Assembly (NCBI GenBank): GCA_001775055.1
Contig: MFBU01000009.1
Coordinates: 382 to 64,381, forward strand
DNA length: 64,000 nucleotides
Direction: 5' to 3'
From: Candidatus Curtissbacteria bacterium RIFCSPLOWO2_02_41_11
Lineage (GTDB): Bacteria > Patescibacteriota > Microgenomatia > Curtissbacterales > GWA2-41-24
Shown: positions 38,406 to 47,002 of the stretch, piece by piece
Numbering within the stretch: position 1 is the stretch's first letter
Layout of the letters: the number at the start of each line of letters is the position of its first letter
The notes under the pieces: model-generated
Told to the model about the DNA's origin: nothing
Database searches by the model: none
Seen by the model: only the letters and a program-made list of their open reading frames with translations
Made by a program: the position numbers and the translations under genes

Positions 38406-38777
38406 TCAACTTCTTCGTCTTGATTTCCTTTTTGCCCTACGGATTGCTTCATAACTAGTACCTCCGCCGATAGTTCTGGTGCCTCCGACAGGTATTTTCT
38501 TTGGCGGGAGGAGCGGTTTGATCCCCGTGGGTACTAAGGATACAGCTTTTATGATACCTCTTTTGGAATCGTGAATTGTTGTTTCTGTCAATTGCATTCG
38601 GCATTCCGGTTGAAAACAAGATCCGGGATTAGGGATAATCATTTCGATTTCTCTAAACAGAAGCGGATCAGGAGAAATACAATCTTGTGGATTGTTGACT
38701 GGTTTTGATTCTCGACCCCTTTGAGGATATATTCGTCGCGTGTATAATTGACGTTCGTTTCTCATTTTTCCAAACAA
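38406..38777 (-). CDS. hypothetical protein upstream of rpmF (possibly a degenerate YceD/DUF177-like protein)
   Basis: Position only. Composition is odd (Gly/Arg-rich C-terminus), so this may not be a real gene. Confidence 0.3.
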   Translation of the reverse strand: MFGKMRNERQLYTRRIYPQRGRESKPVNNPQDCISPDPLLFREIEMIIPNPGSCFQPECRMQLTETTIHDSKRGIIKAVSLVPTGIKPLLPPKKIPVGGTRTIGGGTSYEAIRRAKRKSRRRS

Positions 38778-38845
38778 AAAACTGCTAAGTTTTCCCTTGC
38801 AGTTGTGGTAATCTTACTATTTTTGTGAAAAATGTGTCAACTAAG

Positions 38846-40885
38846 TCAATTTGGTTGGGCGAGTTCGGATTGGAAACGGGAGAGTTTATTAGCGAGTAAG
38901 GGGTATTTGGTAAGCTGCCAATCTTCTTCGATAAGTTTTTTGGCCTCACTTTGGGCCTGGCTGATCATTTTTTGATCGGAAAGATCGGCGATTTTGAGAT
39001 TGACAAAGCCGGATTGTTTAAGGCCGAAAACTTCGCCAGGGCCGCGCATTTTAAGATCGATTTCAGCAAGTTCAAAACCAACGTGGATTTTTTCCATGCT
39101 TTTTAAGCGCCTGAGAGAGTTTTCGGCGCGTGAATCGGTAAAGAGAAGACAATATGACTGATATTTACCCCTACCGACTCTTCCGCGCAACTGATGGAGT
39201 TGGGCCAGCCCAAAGCGTTCTGCTGATTCAATCATCATAACAACCGCATTGGGTACATCAATACCGACTTCAACAACGGGTGTGGCAACTAGAATGTCGA
39301 TCTTACCCTCTCTGAACTCTTTGATGATTTTCTCTTTCTCTTTTGATTTGAGACGACCATGCAAAAGTCCTAGTTTAATTTTTGAAGAGAACTTAGTCTT
39401 TAACTTTTCAAATTCATCGGTGGCAGCTTTCACAGAAAGCATTGTTTCTGAAGGTTCAACAAAAGGGGTAATGATAAAAGCCTGTCGTTTGTTTGCAATT
39501 TGCTTTTCGATAAATTTATAGGCGTCGGCTCTTTTGTAATTTGGGACAACATATGTTGCGATTTTTTGACGGCCGGCGGGCATTTCATCAAGAACAGAAA
39601 GATCAAGATCTCCATACAAGGTTAAGGCGAGTGTTCTGGGAATAGGTGTGGCTGTCATTGTTAGAAGATGAGGGGTTAGATCTTTTGCTTGACCAAGAAA
39701 AAGTTTGGCCCTTTGGGCAACTCCAAAGCGATGTTGTTCGTCGACAACGACTAAGCCGATTTGTCTTTCATCTTTATAGCTTAAGAGAAGGGCATGAGTA
39801 CCACAGGTGATGTGACCTTTGATTTTTTTACTGCCTGTCCAGATACCGACTTTCATGCCTAAAGGCGAAAGAATATCCTCAAGGGTTTTTTGGTGCTGGA
39901 ATGCCAGTATTTCCGTAGGTGCGGCCAAAAGCGTATCAAAACCGTTTAAATAAGCGACATAAGCGGCAATGGCGGCAACCACTGTTTTTCCAGAGCCGAC
40001 GTCTCCTTCCAAAAGGCGATTAGTTGGAATTTCCCTTTGCATATCGGAAAGAATTTCTTTGGTTGCTTTTAACTGGGCTGAAGTTAGCTTAAAGGGAAGT
40101 TTTTTTACAAAATTATTGATTTTTGGTATATCAATTTTCATTTTGTGAGCAATTTTAGTCTCTTGCCGATCTTTTTTTCGCATCAGTGCCAAAAACTGAA
40201 GTAAAAAAAGCTCGTCAAAAGAAAGCCTGTGTCTTGCCCTTTCAACCTCTTGATAATTTTTAGGAAAGTGGATTTTATAAAGTGCTTCTTTTAAATCCAA
40301 AAATTTTTGGTGAGGTACGATCTTGTTGGGTATAAAATCCTTGACTGATTTTAGGTAAGAGGGAAAAATTTGAGCGATCTTGGCACGGATCCATTTTGAG
40401 GAGACTCCTTCGGTTTCCGGATAAATTGGAACCAATCGACCGGTGTGCAAGGTTGAATTTTCCATTTTCAAATTTGAATGTCTGATTATTTCATATGCAG
40501 GTGAGATGAGTTGAAGATGGTTGCCCTTAATCTCAACTTTTCCAGAGAGCGATATTTGCATGCCGGATTTGATGTTTTTGGTTAAAAAAGGTTGATTGAA
40601 CCAGATAATATCAATAGCCCCTGATTGATCGGCAACAGTAGCAGTAGTTACGAATTTGCCTCTTGGAGTTCTGATATTTTTTATTTGCCAGACGACTCCA
40701 TGGACACTTAGTTTTTCGCCAGGTGCTACATTTTGGATTTTTTCAATCTTTGAAAAATCGTCGTAACGAAACGGTAAATGATAGATTAAATCCTCAACTG
40801 TTTTAATCTCAAGCCTTCTTAATTTTTGGGAAAAGTACCTACCGATGCCTGGTAATTTTTCAATTGGAGTTTGTGGATTCATCAT
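38846..40885 (-). CDS. recG: ATP-dependent DNA helicase RecG
   Basis: Wedge domain N-terminus; helicase motif I GDVGSGKTVVA, DEQHRFGV, and motif VI. Confidence 0.93.
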   Translation of the reverse strand: MMNPQTPIEKLPGIGRYFSQKLRRLEIKTVEDLIYHLPFRYDDFSKIEKIQNVAPGEKLSVHGVVWQIKNIRTPRGKFVTTATVADQSGAIDIIWFNQPFLTKNIKSGMQISLSGKVEIKGNHLQLISPAYEIIRHSNLKMENSTLHTGRLVPIYPETEGVSSKWIRAKIAQIFPSYLKSVKDFIPNKIVPHQKFLDLKEALYKIHFPKNYQEVERARHRLSFDELFLLQFLALMRKKDRQETKIAHKMKIDIPKINNFVKKLPFKLTSAQLKATKEILSDMQREIPTNRLLEGDVGSGKTVVAAIAAYVAYLNGFDTLLAAPTEILAFQHQKTLEDILSPLGMKVGIWTGSKKIKGHITCGTHALLLSYKDERQIGLVVVDEQHRFGVAQRAKLFLGQAKDLTPHLLTMTATPIPRTLALTLYGDLDLSVLDEMPAGRQKIATYVVPNYKRADAYKFIEKQIANKRQAFIITPFVEPSETMLSVKAATDEFEKLKTKFSSKIKLGLLHGRLKSKEKEKIIKEFREGKIDILVATPVVEVGIDVPNAVVMMIESAERFGLAQLHQLRGRVGRGKYQSYCLLFTDSRAENSLRRLKSMEKIHVGFELAEIDLKMRGPGEVFGLKQSGFVNLKIADLSDQKMISQAQSEAKKLIEEDWQLTKYPLLANKLSRFQSELAQPN

Positions 40886-40985
40886 GATAAGAGTATCACG
40901 AGTTTCAAGTGAATCAAGAGCATCAAAAGCTTTTTGATTAATTATAGCCAGTGGTACCCGTGGTGTTTTTGGAGTTCGTATTGCT
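40886..40985. repeat. copy C of the dyad-symmetric intercistronic repeat
   Basis: AGAGTATCACGAG...AGCTTTTTGAT...GGTACCCGTGGTG. Coordinates are ±10 because of the display inconsistency. Confidence 0.6.
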
Positions 40986-40990
40986 TTTAT

Positions 40991-41107
40991 TTAATTAAAT
41001 CCGTACAAAAGATAGATAGCAAATTGGCCAATAATAAAGCTTAAGCCGGCAATAACAATAATGGCAATCCAGATTTTTTTAAGATAAGAGCGTTTGAATA
41101 ATTTCAT
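40991..41107 (-). CDS. 38-aa single-TM peptide overlapping the tyrS stop by ATGA
   Basis: Hand translation gives MKLFKRSYLKKIWIAIIVIAGLSFIIGQFAIYLLYGFN. Coordinates are approximate (±10) because the display line 41101 carries only 50 nt. Confidence 0.35.
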   Translation of the reverse strand: MKLFKRSYLKKIWIAIIVIAGLSFIIGQFAIYLLYGFN

Positions 41108-42306
41108 TTTTCTTCCTTTTCAAGTTTAACAATATTTATGCCCTTTTTGACGTATATATCACTCTCAAAGGGTGCTTTGGGGTTTGTTATCGGCTTAAAC
41201 GGTTCTTGGAGACTCGTAGTCCCGCTAAGTCCGCTTTGGTTTATCAATTGCTTCGTTTGAGAAATACTGCTACTAACTCCAGAACTTACTATTGCTTCCG
41301 AAATTGTTGCACCCGATGCCCTAACAGTTGGAATAAAAGTAGGGAGTTCTTTTTTTTGAACAACTTTTTCAAATTCTTCTTGCGTCCTTTGGGCCGTGAT
41401 TTGACCATCGAGTTGTTTGACTACCTCAAATGCCAGCGTCTTTTTGAATTGTAGCGGATTCTGGCCGCGCTGGATTGCGTTTTTCGCGGATTTAATCTCT
41501 TCATGGGGTACATTGGTTAAACATTCAAGACCTTTGACTATAACATCATCGGGGACATTCATGATGGCTCCGAATATTTTTTGAGGAGTGTCTGTCAGCG
41601 CAATCGCATTTCCTTCTGTTTTGCCTATCTTGTTCCCTTGACTGTCAACTAGAAGTTGGGTTGTCATCACAAATTTGTTTTTGTGTTTCATCTTATGCAT
41701 TAAATCCCTTCCTATCATCATATTGAACAATTGATCACGGCCGCCCACCTCGACATCAACGTCCATGGCGACAGAGTCATAACCCTGCATGATTGGGTAA
41801 GTAATTTCATTGAATGAGATGTCTTCGTCTTTTTCGAGCCTTTTTTTAAACATTCCTCTTTTAATAATTTGTTGATAGGTGACCTGTGAGTATAAATTTA
41901 AAATTTCCGGGACAGAAAGTTTTTCCAGCCACTCGCTGTTAAACTTAATTTTGACTGGATTCTTGCCTGAAAAATCTAAAATTTTTCCTGCCTGTTCTTG
42001 GTATGTTTTCGCGTTTTCTTCTACGGTCTTTTTAGACAGAAGCGGCCTAGTTTTTTCCCTACCGGTCGGGTCGCCGATTCTTCCGGTAAAATCACCGATT
42101 AAGAAAATGACTTCGTGACCAAGGTCTTGCCACTCTCTAAGTTTTCGCAGCCCAATCATATGGCCGATATGCAAAAGTGGTGATGACGGATCAAATCCCT
42201 GGTAAACGCGTAGCTTCTTACTGGTTCTTAAAACATTTCTAAGCTTCTGTTTTGAGGGAATGACTTGGTCTACCCCCCTGTTTAACAATTCCTCAATTTT
42301 ATCCAT
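41104..42306 (-). CDS. tyrS: tyrosyl-tRNA synthetase
   Basis: HIGH motif (PLLHIGHMIGL) and a KMSKS-like KIGKTEGNAI. Confidence 0.9.
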   Translation of the reverse strand: MDKIEELLNRGVDQVIPSKQKLRNVLRTSKKLRVYQGFDPSSPLLHIGHMIGLRKLREWQDLGHEVIFLIGDFTGRIGDPTGREKTRPLLSKKTVEENAKTYQEQAGKILDFSGKNPVKIKFNSEWLEKLSVPEILNLYSQVTYQQIIKRGMFKKRLEKDEDISFNEITYPIMQGYDSVAMDVDVEVGGRDQLFNMMIGRDLMHKMKHKNKFVMTTQLLVDSQGNKIGKTEGNAIALTDTPQKIFGAIMNVPDDVIVKGLECLTNVPHEEIKSAKNAIQRGQNPLQFKKTLAFEVVKQLDGQITAQRTQEEFEKVVQKKELPTFIPTVRASGATISEAIVSSGVSSSISQTKQLINQSGLSGTTSLQEPFKPITNPKAPFESDIYVKKGINIVKLEKEEK

Positions 42307-42374
42307 GTCTGAATCTTAGCTTGTTTTAGACTTTATATCAACGCTTTGTAAAAATTAAAATGTGATTGGGGAAA

Positions 42375-43463
42375 TTATTTTCTTTTTTGGACTTTGACTA
42401 CTTGAAAACCTTGTTCTCTCAGGTTGATGATTGTTTGATCGATTGCTGCTTGAGGAGTACCGCGGTCTTGGCCAAACATAAACTTGACGCCCCCATCTGG
42501 TGTATGTGAATCGGCTGCTGTTAAATTAATCCCATTTTGGGCAAAAACTCCCGTAATTTGATGGAGGACACCAGGCTGGTCTATTGGTCCAAGTACCCGA
42601 ATCGATTGAATTCTCAAGTTAGCCATTCTTTCAAGGATTATGGTGGTACTTTCGGTCATTTCACTGGCCATGTTGTCTTTGTTTAGTGCATCGAATGTTT
42701 GCTTTAACATTGCTGCAAGTTTTTCCTCGTCTGGCGCTTGGGTTATTTCTTGGAGACTTGATATTAGGAGATGGACTATTTTTCTTCCATCCTCATCTTC
42801 TAGGTAGTTTTGGATAATATTTGCTGATATGTTTGGGTCTTGGATTAGAGTTCTCCAAGTGCTCAAGAAAAATAGTTCGGCATTGGCTGGTGCTAAATCC
42901 CAGAGCTCGCGCGGGCTGTCTCCTAATTTTTCAAGTACTCTACCAACTGTTCTCATTACCAAATGAGGGAGCAGTTGTTCCCTGATCATTCTTCGGTCAT
43001 GTTCTTCAAGGGAATGGTCAATGATTATCATGCCGGAGGTATCATAAAAATCTTCAGCAAAAAGTCTAGCTGGTTTTGAATTTTTCCCAACATCCATTAC
43101 TACTACCTTTTGACCTCTGGGAGGCAGATCATGGCGCGCTAAAGGGTGGATTGAGCAAACGCTTACCCCACGTGCATCAAGTCCCTGTAAGACTGGAATT
43201 ATTCTTCTTTTAATGGTGGTATTGTCCAGTACTCTTTGGTCTTCCCTAATCTTTTGCCCATGTTTTTCGAGGACTTCAAGTAAATCTTTTGGGAATAACG
43301 AAAAATAGATGACAGTTGCCCATGCAATGGCTTCTTCTGGATCTATTTGAATTTCGGCACGTGGGTCAACAACTTTTGTTTCGTGACCTTGCTTTTGAGC
43401 TTCGTTATTAGTGCGGTTGCCCATATTGCCGGCACCGCCAAAAATTACAATTCGTTCAGTCAT
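42375..43463 (-). CDS. prephenate/arogenate dehydrogenase-like NAD(P)-binding protein with C-terminal ACT domain
   Basis: IVIFGGAGNMG Rossmann motif; C-terminal ACT-like RVLGPIDQPGVLHQITGVFAQNGINL. Confidence 0.55.
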   Translation of the reverse strand: MTERIVIFGGAGNMGNRTNNEAQKQGHETKVVDPRAEIQIDPEEAIAWATVIYFSLFPKDLLEVLEKHGQKIREDQRVLDNTTIKRRIIPVLQGLDARGVSVCSIHPLARHDLPPRGQKVVVMDVGKNSKPARLFAEDFYDTSGMIIIDHSLEEHDRRMIREQLLPHLVMRTVGRVLEKLGDSPRELWDLAPANAELFFLSTWRTLIQDPNISANIIQNYLEDEDGRKIVHLLISSLQEITQAPDEEKLAAMLKQTFDALNKDNMASEMTESTTIILERMANLRIQSIRVLGPIDQPGVLHQITGVFAQNGINLTAADSHTPDGGVKFMFGQDRGTPQAAIDQTIINLREQGFQVVKVQKRK

Positions 43464-43510
43464 AGCTAAATTGTGCCTTATAGTTTATCACGGGTGTCAA
43501 GAAATGCAAA

Positions 43511-43569
43511 ATCCGAAGGTGTCAAGCTACTTCACCCTTGGGGTGAATTAGGTTTACACCTGCGGATTA
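43511..43569. repeat. REP-like imperfect palindrome, left flank of the RAYT
   Basis: ATCCGAAGGTGTCAAGCTACTTCACCCTTGGGGTGAATTAGGTTTACACCTGCGGAT. Terminal arms are inverted, with a central CACCCTTGGGGTG palindrome. Confidence 0.75.
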
Positions 43570-44214
43570 TTTAGGTAAATCAAGTGTTTGATGCTTGATT
43601 CTTTCGAGCTCCTTTCCGTAATTTTCTTGATCAAGGACGAATTGTTTATACTTTTGTGATGATTTAAATTGTTTGACGATTATGTCTTTTGAGCAAACTG
43701 AGGTTTTGTTTATACCAATGTACTCCAAATAAGAGGACAGTGGGTATAATTCTAAATTGTCTGTTAAATAACTGACAAGCGGATTAAGATGAATGTATCT
43801 TGACAGGTGAACAAGTTGTTCATTAGTTTCAACGAGGACCGATTTAAACTCCCCTTGCAGTATGGGTCCTGCCCTTTCATTTTTGGTGTTAAAGTATTTG
43901 GTGTAGCTATTGCTAATCTTGCTGGTAAATTCCGTGATACCGCCATTAACTTTTTGCTGAAGTAGAAAATGGAAATGATTAGGCATTAGACAGTAGCAGA
44001 CTAATTCAACAATTTTATTGTGTGTATCCAACTTATTATTATCAGGGTTAAAAATAGAGAATTTTGGCTTGGGTCCTTTAAGCTGATAATAAAGAAATGT
44101 TTTGATGAATCTTTTGTAGTCCCATTTGTCATTGAATATTGGCATATGAGCCACGCCTCTATTGAAGATATGGTAAAAATGGTTATTGACGAAAGGAATA
44201 ATCCTTGATGGCAT
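43567..44214 (-). CDS. IS200/IS605-family Y1 transposase (REP-associated tyrosine transposase, RAYT-like)
   Basis: HUH motif in CLMPNHFHFLL; catalytic-Tyr region SRYIHLNPL. Size 215 aa. Flanked by REP-like palindromes. Confidence 0.75.
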   Translation of the reverse strand: MPSRIIPFVNNHFYHIFNRGVAHMPIFNDKWDYKRFIKTFLYYQLKGPKPKFSIFNPDNNKLDTHNKIVELVCYCLMPNHFHFLLQQKVNGGITEFTSKISNSYTKYFNTKNERAGPILQGEFKSVLVETNEQLVHLSRYIHLNPLVSYLTDNLELYPLSSYLEYIGINKTSVCSKDIIVKQFKSSQKYKQFVLDQENYGKELERIKHQTLDLPK

Positions 44215-44247
44215 TGTTTTTAGGATTTGAGGCTAATAAATCATATA

Positions 44248-44310
44248 AATCCGCAGGTGTCAAGTTGAATCACCCTTGGGGTGGATTCCGTTGGCACCTT
44301 GGGCAGATTC
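44248..44310. repeat. REP-like imperfect palindrome, right flank of the RAYT
   Basis: ATCCGCAGGTGTCAAGTTGAATCACCCTTGGGGTGGATTCCGTTGGCACCTTGGGCAGATTC, ~80% identical to the left copy. Confidence 0.75.
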
Positions 44311-44435
44311 TGTTTTATTGTTAGAAAAATGGAAGTACAAAAGTTATATTTTCCTTGTTTGTTGCGAAAAAGCGATGTATCTCAACTTTTCTTGGAGCAA
44401 AATTAAGTTATAATATCCGTTAGGCCTAAAAGTTT

Positions 44436-46997
44436 ATGAAGTTTTCAGCATATCGACCGGGGGGCCGCAAGTTTTCATCAAGACTTGCCAAACTTTCCTC
44501 CCGAACTTCTTCTCATCCGTTCTTGCGCCAAGGAAGTTTTAACAAGCGGCGGTTTTGGATTCGTTTTTTTGGCTTAGTTTCAACTCTTGTCTTCTTTTCA
44601 TTAATCGGCCTAGTTATTTTTACCATTTTTTCGTTTATAGTATTTGCCAAAGATTTGCCCTCACCGTACAAATTAACAACCAGAGATGCTTCTCTTTCGA
44701 CCAAAATTTATGACCGAAACGGTAAGCTTCTATACGATATTTTCGGTGAGAAAAATCGCGCACTGGTTAACTGGAATAATTTACCGCCTTATGTAAAGCA
44801 AGCGACAATTTCCATTGAGGATAAGGATTTCTATAAACATCGGGGATTTTCCTTTTTGGGTATTTTTAGGGCTTTTTTTAATATTTTAATTTTCCATAAA
44901 CTGCAGGGAGGTTCGACCATAACCCAGCAGGTTGTCAAAAATACCCTGCTTTCACCAGAGCGCACTCTGACTCGCAAAATTAAGGAATTTATTCTCTCCA
45001 TTCAGGTTGAGCGTAAATACACCAAAGATGAGATTTTACAAATTTATTTAAATGAGGTTCCTTACGGCGGTACTGCTTGGGGGATCGAAGCGGCTGCCCA
45101 AGCTTATTTTAACAAAGAGGCCAAGGATTTAACCTTACCAGAAGCGATAATTTTAGCGGGTATGCCGCAGCGACCATCATATTATTCGCCTTTTGGATCA
45201 AATCCTAAAGCATATATTAGTCGGGCCGAAGATGTCGCCAGAAGGATGCGGGAAGATGATTATATTTCCCGTGATCAGCAAGATCAGCTCAAAAAGCAAG
45301 TAACGGATGTTAAATTTTCAGCTAACGAGCAGGGTATCCGTGCTCCCCATTTTGTCTTTTATGTCCGTGATCTTTTGGCAGAAAGATACGGTGAGAAATT
45401 TTTAGAGCAGGGCGGTCTTAAAGTAACGACTTCACTTGATCTTGACTTGCAGGAAAAAGTTCAAAAAATCGTGACTGAAGAGGTTGCTAAAGTTGCCGAT
45501 CTTCGTGTCGGCAACGGTGCGGCAGTAGTCATCGATCCTGCGAATGCCGAAGTTTTGGCTATGATCGGCTCCAAGGATTATTTTGCCAAAGAGTACGATG
45601 GACAAGTTAATGTAACAATGTCTCTTCGCCAGCCGGGTTCGGCACTAAAACCTTTTACTTATGCTACGGCTTTTAAGGCCGGTTACACGCCTTCCTACGT
45701 TTTAATGGATGTAGCGACTGAGTTTCCCGGAGGCGCCGGTCAACCGTTCTATAAACCGGTCAATTACGACGGAAAATACCGCGGGCCGGTCCAAATCCGC
45801 TTTGCTCTGGGTAATTCGATCAATATCGCGGCTGTTAAAATGACAGCTTTGGTCGGTATTAAAAACATGCTGCGGACTGCCTATGAGGCCGGACTTAAGT
45901 CATTGGAGCCAACCGACGAAAATCTTAAACGATTCGGTCTTTCAATTACCCTTGGAGGTGGTGAAGTTAGGCTTTTGGATCTAACTTCCGGCTATGCCAC
46001 TTTGGCAAATCGCGGCAAATACCTCGAGCCTGCTGCCATTTTAAAAGTTGAGGACAAAAACGGGAAAGTGCTTGAGGAGGTTAAGGATAGACGCGCCAAG
46101 CAGGTTATTGATGAGGATATTACTTTTTTGATTTCGCACATTCTTTCCGACAACAACGCCAGAAGTCTGGTTTTTGGCCCTTCTTCACTTTTAAACATTG
46201 GGGGGAAAACAGTTGCCGTTAAAACCGGAACTACCGATGACAAACGCGATAACTGGGCTGTTGGCTACACGCCGTCGGTAGTGGTTGGCACCTGGGTTGG
46301 CAACAATGATAATTCAGAGATGGATCAAAAAGTTTCCTCAGGTGTAACCGGTGCGACGCCGATTTGGAATCGGGTGATGTCAGAAATTTTAAAAAATAAG
46401 AGTGCGGAAAATTTTGCTAAACCCGATAATGTTACTGCTTTGGAAATTGACGCTCTTGGAGGTGGACTCCCCTGCCGGGATTATCCAAAAAGAAGCGAGT
46501 ATTTCATTCGCGGAACCGAGCCTACCCGCGATTGCTTAGTAGAAAAGACTTTAGACGGTAAAGAATATTTTGTTTTTGTCGAGTTTGATCCGGTTTCAAC
46601 TGATGGTAAAAATCGCTGGCAGGAAGGTATTGACGCTTGGTCGCAGAGCCAGTCAGATCCGAAGTACAAACCGCCGAGTGAACTTAAAAACGAGCCAACT
46701 AAAAATCCGGATGAAATAACAGTTAATATTAAAAAACCTTCTGACCATGATCAAGTCGATTATACTTTTGAGACTGAGGTAGAGGTTTCAACCGGCCGTA
46801 AAGTAACTAAAATCGAGTTTTACATAGACGGATCAATTAGGGATACCAAGACTTCTGATGCTTCCTATAAGTTTAATTTCACTTTTGCTGAGGCTAACAA
46901 GGGTAAGCATAAGATAAAAGCGAAAGCTTATAACGAAGCGGGGCGCGACGCCGAAAGGGAGATTACCGTTTCCGTCGGACAGCCTTGGACTGACTAG
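44436..46997 (+). CDS. class A penicillin-binding protein (PBP1A: glycosyltransferase + transpeptidase) with C-terminal extension
   Basis: GT51 motifs (ISIEDKDFYKHRGFSF, GGSTITQQ) and transpeptidase motifs (SALKPF, SxN, KTGT). Confidence 0.9.
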   Translation: MKFSAYRPGGRKFSSRLAKLSSRTSSHPFLRQGSFNKRRFWIRFFGLVSTLVFFSLIGLVIFTIFSFIVFAKDLPSPYKLTTRDASLSTKIYDRNGKLLYDIFGEKNRALVNWNNLPPYVKQATISIEDKDFYKHRGFSFLGIFRAFFNILIFHKLQGGSTITQQVVKNTLLSPERTLTRKIKEFILSIQVERKYTKDEILQIYLNEVPYGGTAWGIEAAAQAYFNKEAKDLTLPEAIILAGMPQRPSYYSPFGSNPKAYISRAEDVARRMREDDYISRDQQDQLKKQVTDVKFSANEQGIRAPHFVFYVRDLLAERYGEKFLEQGGLKVTTSLDLDLQEKVQKIVTEEVAKVADLRVGNGAAVVIDPANAEVLAMIGSKDYFAKEYDGQVNVTMSLRQPGSALKPFTYATAFKAGYTPSYVLMDVATEFPGGAGQPFYKPVNYDGKYRGPVQIRFALGNSINIAAVKMTALVGIKNMLRTAYEAGLKSLEPTDENLKRFGLSITLGGGEVRLLDLTSGYATLANRGKYLEPAAILKVEDKNGKVLEEVKDRRAKQVIDEDITFLISHILSDNNARSLVFGPSSLLNIGGKTVAVKTGTTDDKRDNWAVGYTPSVVVGTWVGNNDNSEMDQKVSSGVTGATPIWNRVMSEILKNKSAENFAKPDNVTALEIDALGGGLPCRDYPKRSEYFIRGTEPTRDCLVEKTLDGKEYFVFVEFDPVSTDGKNRWQEGIDAWSQSQSDPKYKPPSELKNEPTKNPDEITVNIKKPSDHDQVDYTFETEVEVSTGRKVTKIEFYIDGSIRDTKTSDASYKFNFTFAEANKGKHKIKAKAYNEAGRDAEREITVSVGQPWTD

Positions 46998-47002
46998 CTA
47001 AT

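Noticed and set aside
41041-41160. Apparent 10-nt coordinate inconsistency
   Set aside because: The display line labelled 41101 shows only five 10-nt blocks, so hand counting places the tyrS stop at 41094-41096 where the ORF track places it at 41104-41106. This was treated as a formatting issue in the provided text and the ORF-track coordinates were trusted. Hand-derived coordinates between ~40886 and ~41160 carry a ±10 nt uncertainty.
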